DNA of 64,000 nucleotides, taken from assembly GCA_047946875.1 (NCBI GenBank), contig CP181398.1, forward strand, positions 777,041-841,040, written 5' to 3'. The notes under the pieces were generated by a model, which searched no databases, was not told where the DNA came from, and worked only from the letters and a program-made list of their open reading frames with translations. Origin of the DNA: Candidatus Kerfeldbacteria bacterium. GTDB lineage: Bacteria; Patescibacteriota; Patescibacteriia; UBA10025; JAHIVO01. Positions 26,970-38,900 of the stretch are shown in pieces. A program made the translations under genes and the position numbers. Position 1 is the stretch's first letter. Every line of letters begins with the position of its first letter.

Positions 26970-29900
26970 TTAATATAAACTTGTAGCAACTATTGTAATA
27001 GTAGAAGTATAAGCTCCTGCATCAGTTAAACCGCTAATAGAACCTAATATACATAATTCTGTTTGATGAGTGCTAACAACACCTGTGGCCCCTGCAAAAG
27101 TCTGAAGTGAGGTCGTTAAAGCGGTAGCATTCGATGTAGTCCCCGTATCTGCACAAGAAGTAGGACTCCAAATACCAATATCATATCCAGATCTCGATGA
27201 AGATGCACCATATTCCTCTGTGCCAGCTACGATAGTCCCTCCTGTAGTATCAGCAATCGTATTACCTATTGAAGTCAATGAATTATCATAATAAACCGAT
27301 GCTTGATATCCATTGGACGCATCAGTACTTACTGTCAGAGTCACTCCGTCCTGACTTACCAACGACTCTAATAATGTACCAAGATCAATACTGTTTGGAC
27401 TCAGGGATACTGTCATACCTACGAATAACCAACAATCGTTATTTTGAGAATTTACATTTGTCCCACCGGTAGCATCTATAGTATCTCCTCCACAAGCATA
27501 CGAATCTTGAACATCAGTATAAGTAACTATCTGCGTACCATCACTAGTCAGATTCCATTGAGTACCTGGAGTTGATGAGCGTAAAGTAACTAAGTTTCCA
27601 GAGGTGCCATTGAAACTTACGTTATTAAAAGTATAAGTACTACCCGCATTAAATTCTAATTGGGTATTGGCGGTATCAGCCGTGAAATTATTATCAACAT
27701 CAGCGGCTGCCGCAAAATCAACATCCGGATCAGAAGCGCCAGCATTTGTAATTGTAAGATTATAGAATCTATCGGAAGTACCAGTCATTTGACCCGATAA
27801 TATTTGCTGAGAAGAACCGTCTAGATAGACTGTACCGGACTGATCAGTGAAATTATCATTATTAGTCCAATCTCCCGCAAGATATATTGCATTGTCCTCT
27901 CCACTTTTTACATCTAGAGTACCACCGGTTATTAATAAATCATTATTTATATCAAGAATGGATTCAAGGGTAAAGGTAATATTATTTCCCGTATCATCAA
28001 AAGTAATATCATTGAAGTCGTCTGTAGTAGCGCCGGTAGAATCTATTGTCGGTGATCCGCTTGTAGCATCAAATGTTATAGTACCCGATCTGCATAAAAA
28101 TATATCATCATTATCCCAGCTTCCGCCAACTGTGATCGCATTATTTTCACCACTTACCGCATCCAGATGACCGTTTGTAATTGTAACGTTGTTAAGCACA
28201 ACTAACGGATCTTCTACTTCAACAATTAAATTATAAGTGCCAGCACCGTCATCTATAACGAGATTATAGAGTGAGCCAGTACCAGCGGTAATAAGATCAC
28301 TGGTTATATCACTCACAGAAGATGGTATATTAAAGGTTAAAGTAGAACCGACATTCGTTCCAGCGCTATTTAATAATGAAGCGCCTGACTGTAAATCAAA
28401 CTTACCATCTGTATTCATCTGTGTGCCATCTGTTTCTACATCATCATCAACATCCAAAGTACCGCCACCCGAGCCAGCATCAGTGGAAATAGTAATGCCA
28501 CCCAAACCAATATCAAGATCATATCCATTTGTATTAAGTATATCACCATCATTAATAGTTAGAGTTTTAGCTAATAAATCACTGGCTAGATCAGTGGTAT
28601 CCGGAGAAGTACCTATTTCCAAATTACCGACATCCTGCTGTGGTGAAGTATTGTCCGTAAAGGTCAAATCCCCATCCAGTATTAATTCTCCTGTTCCAGC
28701 GGTAGCGTTATTAAATGTCGTTCCGGACGCCAAGGTAAAATTACCTGCAGCATTGAGATTGCTATCTACTTCCTGCGTAAACACACCCGTATCGGCTATA
28801 TCAAACGTACCATTCACATCCATTGCATCAGCGCTAGCAACACTGCCAGTACCTGACACCTTAAAATTCTGCAATGTTTGGCTGGCTGAAGTAACGGTCT
28901 TTGTCGCGCCGGTCATGTCAATTGTCGATGTTCCAGCAGTGACTGTACCACCGGTCATATCAAGATTACCAGCCATGGTATGAGTAGCATTTGCCAGGGT
29001 AACAGAGCCTGAAAGAGTTAAATTTTGTAATGTCTGTGAGGCGGAAGTAAGGGTGCCAGTGCCATTCATTACCAAAGTATTACCTGAAGTAGCCGTGTAG
29101 GTTCCGTCAGTAAAATTCACATTACCGGAAACAGTCCAAGTTCCAGTGCCTGAGGTAATTATTTCAGATCCATCATCCGCACCGATGAAGTCAAAATCTC
29201 CCTCAATATCAAATGCTGGATTATTCGTCACGCCGGCAAACGTAACATTCTGTGTGCCGTCAGCTATGATATATAAATTACCGTCAATATCCTGGGTTGC
29301 CGTTGCAAGCGGAGTAATCGTGTACGGCGTGCTGTTATCATCATTAAATATTTCCACATCACTGCCATATGTGCGCGCGGGCATAGTCGTGGTATTGCCA
29401 TTTGATGTATCAAAGCGCACCAGTGAACTTAATGTACCTGCAGTAGGTATCGTGGTACCGGAATTAATAGTCAGACGGCCGGCGCCAGAAATCGTACCGT
29501 CAAGCGTGAAACCGCTACCGGTCCATGTGACCGTTCGGCTTGTTTCGATAGCAAGTGAATCTCCCGTATCAACATCAAGTGTATTGCTTACTAACGGATC
29601 GTCAGCCCCCGTATCAGTATCAACGGTGATCGTATTCGTCGTTGCACCGTCTCCAATGGTGAGATCATAAAATGTAGTGTCGCCCAAACCATTAATATCA
29701 TGGCTTGCCACGTTTTCACCGGTAAGTGTTACACTACCGGTCCCCGGGGTAAAATTTCCACTGTTGTTTGTCCAGTCACCCTGTACTTCCATTGCTTCAC
29801 CTTGTGCATCAAAATATATACCACTATCAAGTGTGTAGTTTCCCTTCAACACCAATAATTGCTGGCTCGCGTCATTACTCAATAAACACGGCGTACCGAC

Positions 29901-32900
29901 CGTACCGCGGCTGATTTGCAGATTATAAAATTCAGGCGCATCATCACTCCACTGGTACACCTGGCCTTGAGCAGAACTCGCGCCTGACGGATCATCAATG
30001 ACTATAGTCCCGCCGGTAACCGTCGTGGTAGTAAGTGGTTTCTCATTGTACACGATAAACGAACGGCCAGTTAATGTACCGCCGGTCATATTAAAAGTTA
30101 CTGTCTCTCCGCCGTCATTATGCCGCGCGAGTTCAATGGCTCCATCCGCAACAGTACTCGCCCGCACCGTTCCACCCGCCAGCGTGATTATCCCCTGATT
30201 CAAATTAATGTTAGTACCAACATCCACGCTGCCGTCATTGAAATTAGTAATCTGCGAATTACTTCCGCGCATGTTTAACGCACCCGTAACATCAACATTA
30301 GCTCCTGTATTGAAATTGAGAGTACCGGCTTCTTGCCAAATATTGCCGGCAACCGTCACTGCGCTTGCTATTGTTGCTGTACCACCATTAACATAAAAAT
30401 TATCCTTAACATCCACGGTTCCGCCACTAAACGAATTGGTGCCGCCGTTTATTATTAAGTCTTCTGTCGTACCATTACCAATCGTGAGTGTACCCGCGGT
30501 AACATTTATATTCCCGGCAGATGTTATATTATCTCCATTTACTGTTGCGTCGGCACTCACATTAAGTGTTGCATTCGCATCAATGTCTATATCCAGACCA
30601 ATAATCGATGTTGCCGTATCAAGATGAACTGTGGCATTGTCATCAATGTGCAGATTACCGCCAGTTGCGTCAGTGGTTACCATACCGCCAGGATCAAATG
30701 TATCACCGGTCCACGCATGCAGCTCCATGCCCGACTCTGTTGTCAGCGCGCCCGCAATAACCGCATACCGTATGCCAGCATCAGCATTATCACCGGTCAA
30801 TAACTTAGCGTTTGTCATTGGCCCGGCATTCTCATGTCGAACAATCATCCTATTTTGGTATAGATTAAGTCCGGAAATATTCGACGATATGTCAGCCGCT
30901 AGTGTTGCTGTAGTCGCATGTGGTGTTTCGCTATTATCAATATAGAGCACTATAGGATCGCCACCAGCTGTTGGATCTGTTGCCGGGATAGTGAACGTAC
31001 CACCTGCACTATCGCATTCATACTCGGATGCAGTTCCGCCGTTTGTTGCCGCGTGGACTGTCAATGGATCTGCGGAACAGTCATACACACTTATACCATC
31101 ATCACTGTAAATCGTTCCGGTCAACGTAATACCATCAAATATCCAGCAGTCGTTATTTCCGGAATCAGTGTTGGTGCCATTTGACGCATCAATCCAGTCG
31201 CCGCCGCACGCGTACGAGTACTTTACATCAATGTATGATACATCGGTCTGCGTGCCGGTTACCACCAAATTCCAGTCGCTGGTCGTAGAACTTTGGAACG
31301 TTATTTCATTTCCGACACCTGAAGAACCGGCCCAGTTGATATTTGGAAACGTATACGTCGATCCCGCTTCATATTCAACAGTAACGCCCGCTGTTGTAAT
31401 TGTATAGTTATTTTCGGTTTCAACGGCTGCTCCGAAATCAACAGTTCCGCCACTATTGGTAATAGTTAGGTTATAAAAATCAGAAGAACCTGTCATAGTG
31501 CCTGACAATGACTGAGTAGAAGAACCGGCCAAAACAACAGTTCCATTGTTATCAGTAAACGTGCCATTATTGGTATAGTTACCATTAATATCAAGTGTTG
31601 AACTACTGGAAGCAGATAGCGTGGTAGCAGTATCAATACTCACGTCTCCACTCACTACTAATGATGGATCGTTGGTATTCAAATCTACCGTGGTTGCGCC
31701 GGTACCATCTTGGATAAGTATTAAATCACCAGAGATTGGATACGACCCCGATGCGGCTGTAATAGAATTTGATGAATTACTTCCATACAACTCCACATCC
31801 CCTCCGTACGTACGGGCATCAAATGTAGTATTGGCAATATTACCAGCACTGGCATCATAGCGGACAATACTATTGATCGTTCCTCCCGTGCCAGGACCAG
31901 CGGATGTATCAGTAAACCTAAGTGTGCCAGCTCCTTCAACAGTACCTAAATTAGCAAAAGTTGAGCCGGTATGTGTTACTGTACGACCAGCGCCAATCGA
32001 GAGTGTACCACCCGCACCAAAATTTCCATAAGCACTACTGATTGTGAAATCCGTATTTATAACCGAGATAGCTACATCAGACGCCGAATCAAGTTTGAAA
32101 TCATAAAAAGTTTCCCCGCCAACATCTATAGTATTGTCAGCGCCATGCATTATAACTTCTCCGGTCCCTTCTATTAAATCTGTCAGATCGGCCTTAATAT
32201 ATAGATCACCATAAACACTTATATCGCCACTGATATCATAGGTGCCACCACTATCCGGATCGAGCGAAAGATTATCAAAACTTCCACCCCCCGACACAGT
32301 TACTGAGCCAGTATTAGTAAATTTAAATGTTGAATCCTCTGTCGTTTTATTAACTATAACCATACTTGTTATTGGTGTACCACTTCCTGACATTTCCCAT
32401 GTCTTAGCGCCACCTGCTGCAGCTGAAAGTTTAGCAAACCAAACATCGTCCCCTGCTCCAGCACACGTATCCCTTGCTAATGTATTTGTTATCTTGATAT
32501 CACCACTACCCGTAGCTGACAGTATTCGATCTCCACTACACGCCCCTATAATATCAAAATATAAATCATAAAATGTCCACGTACTACTATTGCCACCAAT
32601 ATTACCTGCAGCGGGCAGCCCAACAGTTACTGTCCCACCGGTCATTGTGATAACGCCATCACCTGTAATATCCCCGCCGTTGGCGGTAAGATCGTTTGAA
32701 CCGGTCAGTGTCGTGCCGGTACCAACGGTGACATCACCGTTTGTAGTCAGCGCATCAGCTAAGGTAATGGTGCCGGTACCGGATGTCTCAAAATCATACA
32801 GAGATTTACCCGCCGCGGTGAGTGAGGGAGTAACACCGTCCATTACCAAAGTATGCCCAGAAGTGGCTGTAAATGTATCACAATTAGTAAGGTCTACGTT

Positions 32901-35900
32901 ACCCTCAATGTTCCAGGTTCCAGTGCCGGTATTAATCGTGTTAGTAGACGCTCCGCAGGAGAAATTGCCACCAACGTCTAAACTGACATTATTATCAGCA
33001 CCATCAATCGTTACGCTGTTAGTCCCGTCACCAATTGTTAGGTTATTATTTATATCATTAGCGAGAGCAGAAGCATACTCAAATGTGTATGATGGTGAAC
33101 CTCCTGACGGTATTAATTCTAAGTTATAGTAAGATCCTCCAGATCCATCTCTGGCAATGTCTGTATCCCCAGTACCGGTGTACTGAAAAGTAGAAGTATT
33201 TCCTATTAACCTCCCCTCGTTAAAAAAAGGCATAGTCTCATCAGTAGTACCAGATCCTGAAAGAATCCATGTTTTTTCACCGGCATCCAATGTATGAAAT
33301 CGTTCTATTACCTCACAAAAATCCCAGGTTGTGATCAGCTGATTGGTAATGGTCATACTGCCAGTCCCAATAGCCGTCGTAGTATATTCACCACATGGAA
33401 GTTGCGTAAAAGAGAGATTATAAAATGTCCAGTTGCTGTCTCCGCCTATAGTCCCATCCGTAGACAAGGTTACCGTACCGCCGGTCATATTGACCGTACC
33501 ATCACCAGTCAGGTTACCACCGTGAACAACCAGAGAGCCAGTACCTTGCACGGTGGCACCGGTATCCACATACTGATTACCACCAGTGCCTGACGTGGTC
33601 ACCCCACCACCCGGATCATAGGTATCACCAGTCCAAATATGCAATTCAAATTCTGAATCAATAGTCACGTTATTTGAATCAACCTTAAACTTAATATCGC
33701 TATCACCTGTATCCCGATCGCCTGACTCAAGATTGGTGTTGGTAATAGACGCTCCAGTATCATTCCTGACAATGACTGCGGCCGCGTACACATCAACATC
33801 AGCTGTATCAGTTCCGTCAACCTTGAATGCAGTTGTTCCTTCATAGGTGCCGTGATCATCCAGGTAAATAGTGACAATATCTCCGCTTGAGGATGCAATA
33901 CTGCCGACTGAATAATCCCCATTGCCATCCGTAGTACCAAAATTCATATTATTACCATTAACATTCACCTGAACTAATATGCCAGAACCGGCATTCGTTG
34001 ACTTATTCTCCTGATACACCGTGCCACCAATGGTAATAATATCGCTAAAAAGCCAATTCGTATTGTTTCCACAATGAGTATTAGTCCCGTCATCAGCATC
34101 AATTTGAAAACCAGTATCTGTTGCATCAGACCGCGACACATCCACATACGAAACCACACTAGTATTAGCTACATCCAGAAGCCATGTGCCGGAAGTAAGG
34201 TTTGAATTTCTAAATACAATATCATTACCGGAAGAACCAGTCCAATCAATATTAGTGAACGCATATGTAGATCCAGAATTATATTCCACTTTTACGTTAT
34301 CATTAACGGTAAAGGTGCCGGTAGCTGTAGCTGCGGCCGCAAAATCAATACCAGGGGTAAATGAAGTAGCACAGCCAGAAACACTTCCAGTGGTATTAGT
34401 AATGGTCAGGTTATAAAAATCAGAGGAACCGGTCATCGTACCCGATAAGGTCTGTTGCACGGTACCGGCCAAAACGACTGTCCCGCTGTTGTCAGTAAAC
34501 GTGCCGTTATTGGTATAATCGCTCTTTAAAGTTAGGCTAGTACTGCTTGGCGCGGAAAAAATCGTATTAACGCCAATAGTGATAGTCTTGGTAAAATTAA
34601 TAGTTGGATCGTTTGTATTCAGATCAAAAGTAGTGGCTCCAGTTCCGCCCTGTATCAGTTCCAAGTCTCCATAAACATTATATGTACCCGCTGCTGATGT
34701 GACCGTATTAGAAGAGTTATTACCATATATTTCAACATACAGATAATCACGAGCTGACATCGTTTGGCTGTTGCTTGACGAATCAAAACGCACGATAATA
34801 TTAGTTGCAAATGCTCCTGTTGTTGGGAATGCGGCTGATGGTTGGTAGACCAAAGTGCCATTACCCATCACGTAGCCGTCGAAAGTAAATGATCCCGTAC
34901 TCGTTACAGTCAAAGAACGATCTATACTAATATACAAAAAATCATTAGTGTTAACGTCAAGCGTACCGGTAACGATAGGATCATCAGTGCCCTCTATTGA
35001 TACTGTACCTGCAGATCCATCACCAATAGTAAGATTATTAAACGTGGTATCACTTGAGCCATTTATTGCAGGAGAGCCTGTCATGGTAACGGTACTTGTA
35101 CTTGCTGTAAAGGTGCCATTATTATCCCAATTACCATCCAAGCTATATGTATTAGCTCCATCTGAGGCAAGTGTGCCATCAATACTAATAGTAACATTAT
35201 GCGCGTTCATCGTTCCTGCGGAATCCATAGTTAATGTATCATCAGCCAAAATATCTATGGTGTCGTCAGCATACGCACCATCTTCATCCACATTCAATAC
35301 ACCCGCATTGGCAGTATGCATGATATTGCCATTTTGATCATTATCATAAGAGCCCAGCTGGGTAACAGTTAATGTCACTCCAGTATCAGCACTTCCAACT
35401 GACAATACGTTCTGATTTAGTACCATGCCGGTAATATCATCCGCACCGTCATACTCTGTAACAGCAGTAGATTGATCCCCATCTGTCGCTGTGTCAATGA
35501 ATACGGTTATTACTTCTCCTCCTGACAAAGCTGGGTCCGTATCAACATTCCAGGCACTTGCGCTTATTACGAAACTATCAGCTTGCAACACACCATTGAC
35601 TGCAATTTTCACCGTACCGGAAGAATTTGATGAACCTGCAACATTTGTATTAGATGAAGGAAAAGTCCAAGCAGTATTATTGCTACAGTCGGTGTTAGTA
35701 CCGTCATCAGCATCAATATCCACACCGGGAGTAGCATCAGACCATGACACGTCCACATAGGAAACAACACTTGAGTTGGTCACATCCAAATCCCAAGCGG
35801 ATGAGCCCGTTGAACCTTTGAAGTAGATTTCATTTCCAGATGAACCCGTCCAATCAATATTAGTAAATGCGTAGGTTGATGTGGAATTGTACTCTACGTT

Positions 35901-38900
35901 TGCATTGTCATTAACCGTGAAAGTACCTGTAGCCGTAGCAGCATCAGCGAACACAATGCCAGCAGTAGTAAATGATGCGCAGCCCGTGACAATTCCGGAT
36001 GTATTTGTGACAGTCAAATTATAAAAAGATTCTGAGTCTGATGTTATGGTTTGTGTTGATGAACCATCCAAGACAACCGTATTTCCACTGGTGGCAGTAT
36101 ATGTCCCGTCTGTAAAATCAATGGCTCCAGATACAGTCCACATACCTGTTCCAGAAGTTATAATCCCAATTCCAGAACCACCACCACCATAAGCTAATAC
36201 ACTTGTAATATTTACTGTTGGGTTGTACGTTCCGCCGTCAAGAGTAATATTTTGCGTATTTTGCGCCGAGACATACAAGGAATTCGAAAAATTTAGAGTT
36301 TGACTTGCACCAGTACCTAACATAACTGTACGTGCATTGGTGGTGCTATTATTGTACACCTGAACCTGATGGCCATACGTACGCTGTGACAATATTTGAT
36401 CATTAAACGTAGCGTCCATCCTGAGCGACGATGAAAGCGTTCCAGTCGTAGGGAAAGCTGATGAAGGCTGATATGCAAAAAGTCCACCTCCTGAAATCGT
36501 ACCATCAAGCGTGAGTGAACCCGCATTACCAAGCGTAACAATATTTGAAACGCCAAGTGATAATGTATCACCCGAGTCTATATCAAACGTACCCGTAACA
36601 GTTGGATCTTCAGATCCACCCACTGTTACTGTCCCTGCGGTCCCATCACCAATAGTAAGATTATTAAATGTAGTATCACTAGCGCCATTTATAGAAGAAG
36701 TTCCTGTCATAGTGACTGTACTTGTATCAGCTGTGAAGGTACCGCCATTAGTATAATCTCCTGCAATACTTATAGCACTAGATCCTGCAGTAAACACGGC
36801 ACTACTATTAATAACTAAATCCCCTCCAATAGAAAGGGCTTCATTAGTGGTACCAAATGTTTGAGAACCGTTAATAGTTAAATCATTCGCAACATTGAAT
36901 CCCAAAGAATTCACATCAATAGTCGTAGTATCTGCAATCACAATATTATAGAAACTTACACCGGCCTTACGAATATCAATTCCTCCTACTGAATTATCAT
37001 CATCAATAATAAAAGTTCCCCCTGATATAGTGCCCCATCTAGCCAGCGCTGTATTCGACAAATTTATCTCCTCTGTGGTAATTGTACCTGATCCGGTCAT
37101 GGTAAAATCAAGACCTGTGTCATTTGGAGCCATATAAAAATATCCGGAAGGACCTACAGAATGAGTACCACCATTGAAATTGAAATCACCTTCATTTATT
37201 ACCCAGTATCCAACTTCCGTAACTACAGACCCTGCATTCAGATTTAATACACTTGTTGCCCCGTCAAGAGTAACTCTATCTAGAATATCCACATCAGCGC
37301 TACCACTTATTGTTGCCGTACCACCAGTCAATATAAAATCATCACCAATATCCGTGGTACCACCACTGATATTCACCGCACCTGATGTCATATTTAAATC
37401 TTCTGTAGTGCTATTACCAATTATAAAAGTTCCAGCGGTATGATTCAGAGTCCCTCCACTTACCAAAACTTCATTAGCTTCTACGATTGTAGAATTTTGT
37501 ACATGAAGCGTACCTCCGGATGGAACATCAATATCTCCAGCAATAACATTACTAATCGTATCAAGATAAGCAGTCCCTCTGACATCAAAATCTCCAGTTA
37601 CACTAGTCGTAGTAATCCTACCATTTGGATCAAAAGTATGACCAGTATATACAAAAAGTTGAATCCCTGTCTCCACAACCAAAGTATCAGTTATTGCATC
37701 TATAGCATCATAAAGCATATCTACTGAGTTTTGGTCATTATCATATGCATCCATATCGTCAACATTTATACTGGTTCCTTGCTCATGCCTCACCATTACC
37801 GTATTTTGATATATTCTCAAATTATCTCCGGTAACTATATCCCCTCCGTCACTAACAGTAACCGTATTACCCAATATTGATCCGCCGTCAATATAAAATG
37901 TCAGCTGGTCTCCTGCGCTGGTAGTAACTCCGGTAATGGAAAAATTACCACTAGAATCGGTTGCATCACAATCTCCGCCCGCAGTCGCATTTACAGCCAC
38001 ACAAACACTAGTACCTGTAGTAATTGGGGTTCCTTCAGTATCATCAGTATAAGCTATACCATCAAAATCATAGCCACCGCCACCACCGCCACACGATGTA
38101 CATTCAGCTAATATAAAATTAGTTTGAAGTGGATCATGCGCGGGGGCATTATATCCAGACAATGTAATATCATGCTTATGACCAGCTGTTGCAAATTGAC
38201 TACCTGCGCTTGCACTACCATCTATACCTGCTGAATCTCCTGAAGTCCCAACTGTATTTGAATGAGCAACTCCAGCACTACCACTAGTAGTACCTGAGCT
38301 ATCTGCTGTTTGGATATATCTGTTTTGATAAGGACTAGTGTTAGAGATAGTAGTCCAACCAGTTGGTGGGGTTCCGTCAAATAGAGCAATCATCCCAATA
38401 GGAACAGATGGTGGTGTACCATTTTGCTCATATAATTTAAGAGTTACATATTCAGGTACTGATGTAGCACTAGCCGTAGTAGTAGGAGTGCTAGGTGCAG
38501 CATGAGTATGAACTATTGCATCATGGACATTGGGAGTAATTCCTGAAAATACACCGACACTACCTGAACCAGCGTTAAGAGACCCCCAGGTAACTCCGTG
38601 TGTATGAGTATCACTTCCACCGGTCGTATGTGATGAGTCAAGTTTCACTAAGCGACTATCGGCCGCTGAAAAACGTACCCAAGGACTAGATGGTTCTGAT
38701 CCAGTCTTAAAAAAAGCGAAAGCATCAAGCGGTATAGTGCTTGGCGTGGAATCAAGTGAATCATAACGATAAAGATAATATGTATAATGTGCCGGATTAT
38801 TATCAGCAGCTGCCACAGTAGTAGTATTAGCTGTATGAGTATGAGCTCCTGTCGATATCAACGTACATCCTCTTCCACATATAGTATCTGGACCCGTACT

